DNA from: Candidatus Micrarchaeia archaeon
GTDB lineage: Archaea; Micrarchaeota; Micrarchaeia; CABMEP01
Direction: 5' to 3'
Assembly: GCA_038886535.1 (NCBI GenBank)
Contig: JAVZXS010000002.1
Coordinates: 70,673 to 134,672 of the forward strand
DNA: 64,000 nt
The notes under the pieces are model-generated. The model saw only the letters and a program-made list of their open reading frames with translations. It was not told the DNA's origin and ran no database searches. This document shows positions 45,917 through 56,332 of this stretch, one piece after another. Numbering within the stretch: the stretch's first letter is position 1; every line of letters begins with the position of its first letter. Made by a program: the position numbers and the translations under genes.

Positions 45917-47749
45917 TTATCTAGCTCCACCTCCACCACCTCCGCCGCCTCCACCAGCGCCAAATCCTCCCCGCGATGCTCCCTTTGCAAGAAGATTTAT
46001 AAAAGACGCTTTTATCAAAAGGATATTCAAAAAGAAAAGCGAAGAATTTATTAATACATACATTTCTAGTAGAGAAAGATGGTGATCAGGTTCTACAATT
46101 TTAATCGCCTTTATTACTTTTTCCTGTATTCCGAATGCAGTCGCATAGACTAGGTGCTTATCCCAAAATACAATTTCTTTTAACTCTTTTTCCCCTAATA
46201 GTGTCAGATCCTCCATGAATCTGCGATACCTTAATATCTTTTCATGCCTTATCCTTCCTTTTTTAGACCATCGTCCTAGTATCTCAGGTCTGAGTGTAAG
46301 AAAAACCATTAAAACAGCATAGAATAGCCAAGAAGCAAGTAAACAAACAAAGAAAAGAGAGTAGTTGTTCTTTAAATCAAAAATGTAAAAACTAACAAGT
46401 CCTATTATAAACCAGATAACGAATGAGATATTCATGATCTTGTTGCCTTTGAAATTCAAATATCTTTTGCTTTTTATTATTTCAAAAGATTGTTTAGATA
46501 CGTTATCTATCAAATTTAAAAGATCAAATTCGTATTCGCTTGTAAAAAAAGAAGAAAACAACCCATTCTCTTTGTGATACTTAATATCAAATGAGAATTT
46601 ACCATCCTTTAGATTTCTTTTTATAAAACTAAAGATTGTTTTTTGAACATCTGAAAGATTAGTTATGTCTTTGTCTTCAACAGGTATAAGAAATATTTTC
46701 TTTGTTTTTCCAAAAAGCGAGTTTTCTTCCTCTTCTTTCAGTTTTAAATAACCAAGTCTGATCAATTCCATTATTTCAGCTGTTATGATTCTATTTACAA
46801 GTCCAGAATCCATATCTGATGAATAGTTTGGCCTTAAAAGAAGCGCAGCTTCCGAAGGGGTTATGTCCTTTCCTATATCTGAAATATCTCTTATATATGG
46901 TGGAAGAGACTGGACTTCGGGATCTTCTCTTTCTTTTCCATAGACAAAGTATAAATAAACAAACATTAAGAAAGGAAAGAGCAGGAATAATGCTGCAATT
47001 ATCTTTAATAATTGGGTTTCATCTAACCACCTTAATATTTTGTCTTCAAATCGATTTCCGGTTAGATAGTCATTCTCTCCTTTTATAATCTGTTCTTTTG
47101 TCATAACGATAAATGGTTTACGTAATTTAGAGAACCATTCTTTTGGCATGAGTAAGTTGATCTCATAGTAGCTTTTTGATGGATAGTTGAATGCGATTAT
47201 TTCAATCTGATTCTCTTTTATATTGATCTGGCTTTCAGTGAAGTTATGGGTGTAAAAAACAGTTTCAGATACAGGACCTGGGAGAACTATTTTGATATTA
47301 AGTTTTCCTATTTCTTTAGGCCATTCATCATACCAAATCTTATAAAAAAACTGTGCTGTATCTTTCTGTTCTAATATCTCTTCAGGGAGAGTATAATCAA
47401 AAATAGCAGTGTAGGTCCCACTCCTAAATCCTTCATCTTTCCTAAGGACCATCTCATATCTTCCAATACCTAAATTTGTATAAAATCTGCAATTTGTTTC
47501 CACACATCTTCCAGATTCATTTTTAATATTCAATAATAAAGGATGCCAGGTGTATAGCTCATGATAGCAATTGTAAGGGGTGCAGTAGAGATAGAACGTG
47601 ATCTCTTCGTGTACATTAATCGTTCCATCACTGTTCAATTTATAAATAACAAATGCAGTCGGATTACTATATGTTTGTGCATAAACAATAGGCAATATTA
47701 GAAAAATTAAGAGAACAAACTCAATCTCTAATTTTTGGCGATTATCCAT
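45917..47749 (-). CDS. DUF2207-family membrane protein with poly-Gly C-terminus
   Basis: It has a signal, an external domain (KLNSDGTINVHEEITFYLY), several TM segments, and a C-terminal tail RGGFGAGGGGGGGGGGAR that is typical of this family. Confidence 0.6.
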   Translation of the reverse strand: MDNRQKLEIEFVLLIFLILPIVYAQTYSNPTAFVIYKLNSDGTINVHEEITFYLYCTPYNCYHELYTWHPLLLNIKNESGRCVETNCRFYTNLGIGRYEMVLRKDEGFRSGTYTAIFDYTLPEEILEQKDTAQFFYKIWYDEWPKEIGKLNIKIVLPGPVSETVFYTHNFTESQINIKENQIEIIAFNYPSKSYYEINLLMPKEWFSKLRKPFIVMTKEQIIKGENDYLTGNRFEDKILRWLDETQLLKIIAALFLLFPFLMFVYLYFVYGKEREDPEVQSLPPYIRDISDIGKDITPSEAALLLRPNYSSDMDSGLVNRIITAEIMELIRLGYLKLKEEEENSLFGKTKKIFLIPVEDKDITNLSDVQKTIFSFIKRNLKDGKFSFDIKYHKENGLFSSFFTSEYEFDLLNLIDNVSKQSFEIIKSKRYLNFKGNKIMNISFVIWFIIGLVSFYIFDLKNNYSLFFVCLLASWLFYAVLMVFLTLRPEILGRWSKKGRIRHEKILRYRRFMEDLTLLGEKELKEIVFWDKHLVYATAFGIQEKVIKAIKIVEPDHHLSLLEMYVLINSSLFFLNILLIKASFINLLAKGASRGGFGAGGGGGGGGGGAR

Positions 47750-47940
47750 GTGTTCACATCAAACTTCTAATGGAGCATCTTTTAGACGATTAGAGCATAG
47801 ATTTTTTTATACGATTAAATTTAAAACCATTATTATCAATTATTTTCAGGTTGCTTTGGATATGGACAGATTCAAAAATCACTGCGCTCTCTTATATTTT
47901 CCAAGGGTTTAACATATGGTTTATAAACCAGGTAATATCA

Positions 47941-48285
47941 ATTGCCCGCACTATTGGAAATATCGCTGAATCTACAAAAAGCAAACGAATAGTCAGAAAT
48001 ACAATAGATATCATTATGAAATATAAAGAAAACCAGAAACAGCAGAATTGATCGCCCTTAGTCTTAAAAGCATTTTCGAACACACAAATAGCAAAGAGGC
48101 AGACTTAAATTTAACAAAACTAATTTTGGAATCTGAAACAATAAAATCAGAAGATCCATCGCATTCGCTCTTGAAAAGATTGCATACCATACAGATAGTA
48201 AAGAAGCAGTCTTGGATGCAATAGAAGATATTAAAGATACACAACTGCAAATCGCGATTAATGATCAAATCGCGATTAATCATCT
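47941..48285. repeat. Degenerate tandem repeat (units of ~110, ~107 nt plus an 18-nt x2 tail); probably a decayed repeat-protein gene
   Basis: Units start at 47941 (attgcccgc), 48051 (atcgccctt) and 48158 (atcgcattc). Each, read in its own frame, gives IA-x-x-(I/L)-x-x-I-x-x-x-T-x-SK-x-x-x-(R/L)-(N/D)-x-x-x-x-I, but the three units sit in three different frames. The tail caaatcgcgattaat(g/c)at is repeated at 48248-48265 and 48266-48283. Confidence 0.6.
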
Positions 48286-48393
48286 TTACTTTTAGAGAGA
48301 TCAATTATCTGCTAGAATGTGATGGATTCTTACGAATATAGAAATATTTAATAAATTTAATACCCATATTCATATGCTTATTATAGTGAGCTT

Positions 48394-51300
48394 ATGGCGA
48401 CCATACATGAAATCACATTGCGCAACTTCAAGTCATTCAAGGCAGTGAAGATTCCATTGACAAAAGGTTTCAATGCAATAATAGGTCCAAATGGATCAGG
48501 AAAATGCATAGTTGGAGAATCGGAAGTTCTTCTTGCAGACGGTACAATATCTAAAATCGAAGACTTAGTGGAATCAGCCCTCCTAAAAGACTGTCAGCTC
48601 ATGAGCGACGGAATGTTTACAACCTACAATCCTTCAAATATTGAGGTATTGTCTCTCAATCCTATTACTTTAAAGGAAGAACCCAGAAGAGTGAGTGCAT
48701 TTATCAAACGCAAGTCTCCAGATAAACTTTATAAAATCAAAACAAAATTAGGAAAAGAATTAACTGCTACAGGTTATCATCCACTTTTTACAATAAAAAA
48801 TGGAATGCTGGTTTCAGTAAATGCAGATGAACTACATGTAGGCATGCCTATAGCAGTTCCTAGAAAGATTGATACTTATTGTACACATATAAGTCCCCTC
48901 TTAGAGCTTGCAAAAAAAGATTCTGATGTTTATTTCAGTGATTCAAATAAAAAATTGAGAATGAAACTTAGAATGTATAAGAGAGTAAAGAAACTGAAAT
49001 GGAAAGAAATCGCAGAATCTGCTGACATTCCTCTACAAGCATTAATTTCTTTTGTAGGTAACCAACCAATAAAACTAAAATTCGCTTATAAGCTAGCTAA
49101 AAGCATAGGATTTAGTGACGAAGATATGATTCATCTTTTTGACAAGTTAAAAGGAAGAGGCAAACTTAAATACGTAAAAATCCCCTCCGTACTTGATGAA
49201 CGTCTTGCAAGATTCTTAGGTTATGTAATATCTGAAGGAAGAGTCGTAAGTAACGAGATATTTTTCTTCAATGATTCAGATGAATTAATAAACGACTTCA
49301 AATCAATTACGAAAGAATTATTTGACTGTGAAAGTGTGGAATGTGTTTATAAAGACAGAAGATTTCTAATCCTGCCATCTTCTGTTATAGTTCAGATGCT
49401 AAAGCATGTTTTTGACGTAACTCCATTCTCTCACTCTTCAAAGAAAGAAGTTCCTAAAATCCTATTCAAGGCAGACAAGAAAGTAATATCTGCATTTATT
49501 GGAGCATTATACGATGGAGACGGCTATTTCACAGCAAAAGAAAGCAACAGGTTTAGTATAGAATACGATACTGCAAGTAAGCAGTTTGCTAAAGAGCTTA
49601 GTCTTTTACTTTTGAATTTTGGCATCATTTCAAAAATTAATTCTTCATATAAAAAAGCAACTAATTCTTCAAAAGGAATAAAGAGAATTTATTACAGAGT
49701 TTCAATCAGCGGCTTGGAGAATATTCGGAACTTTGCAAAAAACATCTTTCCAAAAATAGATTATAAATATAAAGCATTGGTTGGAATGAGGGATTCCAAC
49801 AAATCACCCGGAAACAACGTAGATCTGATCCCCAACATCAACGAAACGATAATCCATGCACTTCGCGATGCAGGATTTACAGATAGAAAATTAAAACAGA
49901 TCAAGCCGAGCAAGATACGTGCTTATTTTGAAGATAGATGCTATCCTACCAGAGATGGATTGGTACAATTAGTCAAGATTCTGCCAAATTCAAATCTTAG
50001 GAGTCAGTTATCGTTGCTTTCTGATTCAGATGTCTTTTGGGATGTAATAACCTCTATTGAAGAAGTAAAGGGAAGGGAATGGGTTTATGATCTTGCTGTA
50101 GAAGAGACGCACAACTTCATTGCAGAGGGAATATTTGTACACAATAGCAACATTTGTGATGCGATACGTTTTCTATTCGGAGAAACAAGTCTTTCAGCAT
50201 TAAGAGCAAGATCTGTAAACGATTTAATTTATGGTGGCGGAGAAAAGGCTTCAATCGCAATGAAGATTACAGATGTTAAGAATAAAGATATTCTTAAGGA
50301 TAATAATGGAAACGGGACGATAGAAATCGTAAGGAAATTAAAGAAGAATGGTGGTACTGCATACTGGTTGAATGGAAAGAAAACAACAAAGAGTGTAGTC
50401 ATGGACTTTCTTGCTTCTGAAGGTTTAGAAGTAAGTTCTCATAATGTTATTGCTCAAGGTGAAGTTGATAAGATAGTCAGGTTCACAGCAAAGCAAAGAA
50501 GAGAAGTAATAGATGAGATTGCAGGTGTTGCAGAATATGAAGAAAAGAAAAAAGAAGCAATGAGTGAACTCAGCAAAGTTGATCAAAGATTAAATGAGGC
50601 AGCAGTTGTAATGAATGAAAGGGAAGGAATACTACAAGAGCTGGAAAAAGAAAAAGACGCAGCCTTGAAATACATGGCTTTAAAAGAGGAACAAAGAAGA
50701 TTGAAAGGAACCATTATACTAAATCAGTATTTAAAACAAGAAAAGGAATTTGAAAACACAGTAAAGAAGCTTACTGAGATTGAAAAGCAATTCGCAGAAA
50801 TAGAACAACAAATGCAGGAATTCCAGAAAAAGCTCCAGATGCTCGAAGCAAATAAGGCAGATATTGCAAACAAGATTGCATCTAAAGACCAAAGAAATAT
50901 TTATGCAGAAGTAGATGAGCTTAGAAATAAGAAGATGCTTAATGAATCTCTTATCTTTGAGAAGGATGCAAACCTGCAAAGACTTGATTCAGAGATTGCA
51001 AAACTAACCCAAGAAATGATCGAGATTGAATCAAAGCTGTCTAAATTTACGGGTTCTAAGAGAGCAGCGGCAACAAGGGCAGTTGAATTAAAGAAGCTTA
51101 TCGACAGCTTGAATGAACAGAAGAAAAAAGTAGCTGCAGAATGGGAGGAAAAAAGAAAGAACTTCGGTCTTTTCGATGTTAAATTTGATGAGCTTAGAAA
51201 GAAGGAGATAAAGCTTAAGGAAGAAATTGCAAAATTAAATGCGAAACTAGATGTTTCCTCAGGCAACAAAGATGAAAAGAAGATGGTAAACGAATTGAAA

Positions 51301-53406
51301 GAAATAAAGACAGCAATAGAAAGAAATAACGCAGAGCTCGAAAGACTTTTCAAGAAAGAAAAGGAGTTGAATTCTATAATTAGGGAATTGGATTCCAAGA
51401 TCCTAGAGTTAAAGGAAGAGATTGCAGCTGCAAGAGGTTCAGGAAATGCAATCCCGCAATCCATTTCATTCATACTTAGTCTAAAAGATGAGATACCTGG
51501 AATATATGGAACAGTTGCAGAACTCTATGATGTTGATAAGAAGTTTTCAATTGCAACTGAGGCAGCAGCAGGACAAAGATTATTCCATATAGTGGTTCAG
51601 GACATGGACACAGCTACCAAGATAATCAAAAGAATGAAGCAAAGCAATGTTGGAAGGGCTACGTTCATACCTTTAGATGTTAAGACTCCTGAAAAAGGAT
51701 CAGAGGAAAAAGGAACATTAGGTTCAATAATAAACTTGATAAAATTCGACAAAAAGTTTGCCAATGTGTTTCTTTATGTTTTTGGAAACACGCACATAGT
51801 AAATTCAGTTGACGACTTCAAGTCCCATCCGGGACTTAGAATGGTAACTTTAGATGGAGACATTGCAGAAACATCGGGAGTTGTCTCTGGTGGTACCTCT
51901 ATAAAAAGATCGCTTAGAGATTCATTGAAATCTAACCAAATAGAGAAGGAATTAAACGAACTAAAAACCACGAGAGAAAGCTATATATCTCAATTGTATA
52001 ATCTTAATGAACAGATGGCAATATTAAGGAAGCAGATTGCAAAGGATGAGATAAGAAAGAAAGAGATAGAAATAGAAATGGGGGCTGTTTCTAACGAGGA
52101 TCTTTCAGAGATAAAAAGACTACTTTCAGAAAAGGAACTAGATCTGCAAGAGCTTGAAAGAGAAGTATTAAACTTAGAAGGTGAAAAGGCAAGGATAAGA
52201 ATTGCAATCGAACAGGGAGAAGGCGAAAAAGAAATATCAAGATTGGATAATGAAATAATGCAGTATTCAAATGAATTATCTGCCCTTGAAGAAAAGCTAA
52301 AAAGTCAGGATTCAATAATTCTTGAAGAAAGATTGTCTGCTGTGAAATCATCGATAGAAAAATTGACTGCAGAAAGAGAAGAAGTGAAGAAAGCGATAAA
52401 TGAACTGAATTCAAAACTAAAACAGATTACCAAGCAATTAGAAGTAAAAGAGGAGAAGATAAAAGATGCAAGCAAGGAATTAGAAAAGCTGTATGCGGAA
52501 AGTAAGGTAATTCAGGATGAAATGGATCTTATTAATCAGGAAAGAGGAAAATTGATCAGGAGACAGGAAAGGTTGAAAGAGGATAAAATAAGATTAGAGG
52601 TTTCAAAAGAAACGCTTCAAACAAGACTTGCAGATTTGAAGGTTGAAGCCGACCAATATAAAGATGTAGAGCCATTAAACATGAAGAAAGAAGAACTTGA
52701 AAAGAGATTAGGAGAAGTTGAGTTAGAACTCAACGGAATGGGTTCTGTCAATCTAAAGGCTCCAGAAACATATAAAGAAAAGTATGAAGAATTCAAGGTG
52801 ATAAAAGAAAAGGTGGAGATCTTATCAAATGAAAAGAATTCTATACTTAGTATGATAGAGGAAATAGAGAAGAGAAAGAAAGAGATATTTATGGCAACAT
52901 TTGTGGAAGTCAACAAACACTTCCAGAAAATGGCACTTTCTTTATTCGGAAACGAAGCTACGCTTGCTCTTGAAAATGAAGCAAATCCATTCGAGGGAGG
53001 TTTGCATATAATCATGAAGGTAGGAAAGAAACAACGCCATATAGAAGGAATGTCTGGAGGTGAAAAATCCCTCCTTACCATTGCATTTGTTTTTGCAATC
53101 CATATGTACAAGCCATCTAAGTTTTACATACTTGATGAAGTGGATGCTGCATTAGACAAGGAAAATAGCAAGAGATTTGCCGAGCTTGTTAAATCACTTT
53201 CAAAAGATACTCAATTCATTGTAGTTTCCCATAATGATGCAGTTATTACAAGTGCTGATACTGCACTAGGTGTAGCAAAGACCAGATTAGGTTCAAAGAT
53301 ATTGAGTATAAAGCTAGTTCCAGATTCAGGCTCAGATTCTCCAAAAATAGTTTCTGAAGAGATCTCTCCTGCTGAGGAAGAACAGGAAGATGAGGATGAT
53401 GAGTGA
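48394..53406 (+). CDS. smc: SMC chromosome segregation ATPase (intein-containing precursor)
   Basis: Walker A GPNGSGK is interrupted and resumes as SNICDAIRF. It has long coiled coils, a hinge (GIYGTVAELYDVDKKFSIATEAAAGQRL), the signature MSGGEKSL, and Walker B FYILDEVDAALD. It is 1123 aa without the insert. Confidence 0.92.
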   Translation: MATIHEITLRNFKSFKAVKIPLTKGFNAIIGPNGSGKCIVGESEVLLADGTISKIEDLVESALLKDCQLMSDGMFTTYNPSNIEVLSLNPITLKEEPRRVSAFIKRKSPDKLYKIKTKLGKELTATGYHPLFTIKNGMLVSVNADELHVGMPIAVPRKIDTYCTHISPLLELAKKDSDVYFSDSNKKLRMKLRMYKRVKKLKWKEIAESADIPLQALISFVGNQPIKLKFAYKLAKSIGFSDEDMIHLFDKLKGRGKLKYVKIPSVLDERLARFLGYVISEGRVVSNEIFFFNDSDELINDFKSITKELFDCESVECVYKDRRFLILPSSVIVQMLKHVFDVTPFSHSSKKEVPKILFKADKKVISAFIGALYDGDGYFTAKESNRFSIEYDTASKQFAKELSLLLLNFGIISKINSSYKKATNSSKGIKRIYYRVSISGLENIRNFAKNIFPKIDYKYKALVGMRDSNKSPGNNVDLIPNINETIIHALRDAGFTDRKLKQIKPSKIRAYFEDRCYPTRDGLVQLVKILPNSNLRSQLSLLSDSDVFWDVITSIEEVKGREWVYDLAVEETHNFIAEGIFVHNSNICDAIRFLFGETSLSALRARSVNDLIYGGGEKASIAMKITDVKNKDILKDNNGNGTIEIVRKLKKNGGTAYWLNGKKTTKSVVMDFLASEGLEVSSHNVIAQGEVDKIVRFTAKQRREVIDEIAGVAEYEEKKKEAMSELSKVDQRLNEAAVVMNEREGILQELEKEKDAALKYMALKEEQRRLKGTIILNQYLKQEKEFENTVKKLTEIEKQFAEIEQQMQEFQKKLQMLEANKADIANKIASKDQRNIYAEVDELRNKKMLNESLIFEKDANLQRLDSEIAKLTQEMIEIESKLSKFTGSKRAAATRAVELKKLIDSLNEQKKKVAAEWEEKRKNFGLFDVKFDELRKKEIKLKEEIAKLNAKLDVSSGNKDEKKMVNELKEIKTAIERNNAELERLFKKEKELNSIIRELDSKILELKEEIAAARGSGNAIPQSISFILSLKDEIPGIYGTVAELYDVDKKFSIATEAAAGQRLFHIVVQDMDTATKIIKRMKQSNVGRATFIPLDVKTPEKGSEEKGTLGSIINLIKFDKKFANVFLYVFGNTHIVNSVDDFKSHPGLRMVTLDGDIAETSGVVSGGTSIKRSLRDSLKSNQIEKELNELKTTRESYISQLYNLNEQMAILRKQIAKDEIRKKEIEIEMGAVSNEDLSEIKRLLSEKELDLQELEREVLNLEGEKARIRIAIEQGEGEKEISRLDNEIMQYSNELSALEEKLKSQDSIILEERLSAVKSSIEKLTAEREEVKKAINELNSKLKQITKQLEVKEEKIKDASKELEKLYAESKVIQDEMDLINQERGKLIRRQERLKEDKIRLEVSKETLQTRLADLKVEADQYKDVEPLNMKKEELEKRLGEVELELNGMGSVNLKAPETYKEKYEEFKVIKEKVEILSNEKNSILSMIEEIEKRKKEIFMATFVEVNKHFQKMALSLFGNEATLALENEANPFEGGLHIIMKVGKKQRHIEGMSGGEKSLLTIAFVFAIHMYKPSKFYILDEVDAALDKENSKRFAELVKSLSKDTQFIVVSHNDAVITSADTALGVAKTRLGSKILSIKLVPDSGSDSPKIVSEEISPAEEEQEDEDDE
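48505..50145 (+). mobile_element. Intein (547 aa) with LAGLIDADG homing-endonuclease domain, inserted in the SMC P-loop
   Basis: It starts at Cys38 (CIVGESEVLLADG, block A). Block B is LTATGYHPLF. The two LAGLIDADG motifs are LARFLGYVISEGRV and ISAFIGALYDGDGYF. It ends WVYDLAVEETHNFIAEGIFVHN, followed by the +1 Ser that completes GSGK-S. Confidence 0.88.
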
Positions 53407-53480
53407 TCATCAGAACATTTACTTCGTAATTAAGCAAAGCATAGATTAAAATTAATTTTTGTCTAATTATTTTTGATTTG

Positions 53481-54449
53481 ATGAAACCTATCATTGTGGG
53501 AGTAGATCCAGGAACGTATATAGGAATTGCAATATTTGATCTTAACGCGAATCTTATACACAGTTCAACTATAACTGATAAAGGAAAGGAAGTAGTAGTC
53601 AGTGAGATTTCAAAGTATGGCAATCCTATAGTTGTAGCTTCGGATGTAAATCCACCTCCACAATTAGTTACTCAGATTGCATCTTATTTTAATGCAAGAC
53701 TCTACTATCCAAAAGCAACAATTAGTGACATTTCTAAGACAATCGAAACAGTTAATTATAAATTTAGTTCAGTTCACGAAAGAGATGCAATCATAGCCGT
53801 TTTATCTTTTTTTAAAGAGAATGCAAACAAATTAAGGTGGATAGAACGAACTCTTAGGGATAAAGGTCTTTCAAAAATTGAAGAGGACGTTAAGCGATAT
53901 GCATTAAGCGGAATGAGAGTGTATGACGCAATAAAAGCATTAGTTCCTGTTGACGATGAATATAAAAAGATAATAGAATATGCGAAAACACTTCCAGAAG
54001 CGCCAACTGTAATAAAGACTACAGAAAGAAGAGAAAGCGATAGAGACACTATAATAGGACTGCTTGAGTCAAACATACGTCTAAAGGCAAGGCTTTCTGT
54101 TCTTGAGGAAGAGATAAAGTCTCTTAAGAAGGAAAAAAGCGAAGGTATTGATAAAACTACTAAGTCTTTGCTATTTTCAAAAGAGATGCGAATTAGGAGA
54201 TTAAAGAGAATTATAAAGATGAAAAACAACAAGATTAAACATTTATATAAGATAATCGACTCTATGAAAGGAAAAGAAGCAAAAAGCAATGAGAAAAATG
54301 ATACAGTTTTATCAAGCAATGCTCATTCCAATCAAGAATCTAAAACTAATACCGTACCCGAACAAGAGAAAGATTTAAAAAATGAAGACATAACTTTATC
54401 TATAGAAAAGATAGTCAAGGAATACAGGCAATCCAGGTTTAAGGATTAG
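53481..54449 (+). CDS. DUF460/COG2433-like RNase H-fold (RuvC/YqgF-like) protein with coiled-coil tail
   Basis: It has [45 protein letters not shown], then a Lys/Glu-rich coiled coil. Confidence 0.55.
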   Translation: MKPIIVGVDPGTYIGIAIFDLNANLIHSSTITDKGKEVVVSEISKYGNPIVVASDVNPPPQLVTQIASYFNARLYYPKATISDISKTIETVNYKFSSVHERDAIIAVLSFFKENANKLRWIERTLRDKGLSKIEEDVKRYALSGMRVYDAIKALVPVDDEYKKIIEYAKTLPEAPTVIKTTERRESDRDTIIGLLESNIRLKARLSVLEEEIKSLKKEKSEGIDKTTKSLLFSKEMRIRRLKRIIKMKNNKIKHLYKIIDSMKGKEAKSNEKNDTVLSSNAHSNQESKTNTVPEQEKDLKNEDITLSIEKIVKEYRQSRFKD

Positions 54450-54489
54450 CTTCCTTGATTATTGTCTAAAAGCAACAAAGAGTGATATT

Positions 54490-54873
54490 ATGGTAGAAGA
54501 GAGAGCAAAAGAATTTGAAGAAACAGAGGAAATGACAGCTGAACAAAGAGCACCTTCAGGTCAGCCGGCGCAGCCAACAGGTAACGTAGTGTATGTAAGC
54601 AAAAAAGGAGTTATGGCTTACGTACTTGCAGTAGTTACTCAATTCAATGCAGGCGCAAAGGAAGTAACCCTGAAGGCAAGAGGAAAAGTGATCTCAAGAG
54701 CTGTAGATGCTGCAGAAATAGTAAAGAACAAATTCCTCCAGGATGTTTCAATCAAGAGCATAAGAACATCTACCGAGGATATGAAGACCGCATCTGGAGC
54801 TCCTACAAAGGTTTCTACAATAGAGATTGTTTTAGCAAGAAACCCAGGCAGCAGCGCAGAATTAAAACTCTAA
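54490..54873 (+). CDS. albA: Alba (Sac10b) DNA/RNA-binding protein with acidic N-terminal extension
   Basis: It has [52 protein letters not shown]...[13 protein letters not shown] gagtgat lies 3 nt upstream. Confidence 0.85.
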   Translation: MVEERAKEFEETEEMTAEQRAPSGQPAQPTGNVVYVSKKGVMAYVLAVVTQFNAGAKEVTLKARGKVISRAVDAAEIVKNKFLQDVSIKSIRTSTEDMKTASGAPTKVSTIEIVLARNPGSSAELKL

Positions 54874-55002
54874 ATTTTCTTTTTTTTAGTTTTATGTTTT
54901 TATTTTTTGTCTTTCATAATTTTATATTTCAATAATATTTATTGTTTGTATGCAAAGTTATACTCATATAATGTAAATTCAAAAAACAAAAGAAGTGAGT
55001 TT

Positions 55003-56292
55003 ATGAGAATATATACATCACAAGTAAAACCAGAAATGAATGATTCAGAAGTTGAACTTGCAGGATGGGTTCATGAAACGAGAGACCATGGAAAAATAAG
55101 GTTTCTTATACTAAGGGACAAATCCGGTCTGATTCAGATCATCGGCAAGAAAGGAATAGTACCAGATGAAGTTTTTGATTTAATTTCTTTACCAAAAGAA
55201 ACAGTGATATCTCTCAAAGGGAAGGTCAAAGCATCCCCTCAAGCCCCGAGAGGTGTTGAAATAATCCCTTCTGAAATAAAGGTTCTAAATAGAGTTTCTA
55301 TTCAACTTCCTGTAGATCCTACTTCCCATGTAGAAGCGGATTTAGATGTAAGATTGGATAATAGACATATTGATCTTAGGACAAGAAGAGTTCATTCAAT
55401 ATTTAAGATTCAATCAACGATTTTGAGGGCATTTAGAGAGAAATTAATTTCATTAGATTTTGAAGAAATAATTCCTCCATCTTTAATTGCAGCAGCAAGC
55501 GAAGGAGGTGCAGACGTTTTTCCTGTTATATACTTCGATAAAGAAGCATTCCTTTCTCAATCTCCACAACTATATAAACAGCTTGCAGTTATAGGTGGAA
55601 TGGAAAGAGTTTTTATGACTCCACAATATTTTAGGGCTGAAAAACACAATACAACCGCCCATCTTAACGAAATTACAGGAATGGATGCTGAAATTGGATT
55701 TGCAGACCATCATCTAGCAATGAAGATACTTTCAGAAACATTCCTACACATTCTCTCGTCAGTGAAAGAAAGAAACTCTGAAGATTTGGCAGAATTAAAA
55801 GTGGACTTAAATGTTCCAAAGAAGCTGAATATCTATACATATACTGAGGCAGTTGACATGCTGAACAAGCATGGAATGAAATTCGAATGGGGAACTGATT
55901 TTGGAAGAGATGAAGAGAGAAAACTTTTTGAGATAATAGGTGAAGAAGCCTACATTATATCAGAATATCCAACTGCGGTGAGAGCGTTCTATTCGATGCC
56001 TAATGAAGAAGACCCGAAGATATCTAATTCCTATGACCTTATGTATCAAGGAGTAGAAATGGCTTCTGGAGCTCAAAGAATACATATACCAGAGCTTCTT
56101 GAGAAGCAGATAAGAGCAAAAGGAATGAATCCTGAAAACTTTAGATTCTATCTTAACGCATTTAAATCAGGTGCACCACCACATGCAGGTTTTGGAATGG
56201 GATTACAAAGAGTTACTATGGCAATAACAAGACAGAAAAATATAAGAGAATGCACACTCTTCCCAAGAGATATGCATAGACTGACACCGTGA
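55003..56292 (+). CDS. aspS: Aspartyl-tRNA synthetase (archaeal/eukaryal type; discriminating status unknown)
   Basis: It has an OB anticodon-binding N-terminus (VELAGWVHETRDHGKIRFLILRD), FLSQSPQLYKQ, FRAEKHNTTAHLNE and GAPPHAGFGMGLQR. SD agtgag lies 3 nt before ATG 55003; the track start is TTG 54907. Confidence 0.88.
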   Translation: MRIYTSQVKPEMNDSEVELAGWVHETRDHGKIRFLILRDKSGLIQIIGKKGIVPDEVFDLISLPKETVISLKGKVKASPQAPRGVEIIPSEIKVLNRVSIQLPVDPTSHVEADLDVRLDNRHIDLRTRRVHSIFKIQSTILRAFREKLISLDFEEIIPPSLIAAASEGGADVFPVIYFDKEAFLSQSPQLYKQLAVIGGMERVFMTPQYFRAEKHNTTAHLNEITGMDAEIGFADHHLAMKILSETFLHILSSVKERNSEDLAELKVDLNVPKKLNIYTYTEAVDMLNKHGMKFEWGTDFGRDEERKLFEIIGEEAYIISEYPTAVRAFYSMPNEEDPKISNSYDLMYQGVEMASGAQRIHIPELLEKQIRAKGMNPENFRFYLNAFKSGAPPHAGFGMGLQRVTMAITRQKNIRECTLFPRDMHRLTP

Positions 56293-56332
56293 GGGAAAAT
56301 CGTCCTTTTGATTTTAATTATTTGCCTATTTA

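Noticed and set aside
45917-45970. Poly-glycine tail (GGFGAGGGGGGGGGGAR) and its GC-rich ccacc/gcc repeat, considered as a possible novel low-complexity signal.
   Set aside because: As far as I recall, a Gly-rich C-terminus is a normal feature of DUF2207-family membrane proteins. It needs no special explanation.
48248-48283. The 18-nt tandem caaatcgcgattaat(g/c)at, considered as a mini-CRISPR or other repeat-spacer array.
   Set aside because: There are only two adjacent copies, with no spacers and no cas genes. It is the tail of the larger degenerate tandem repeat.
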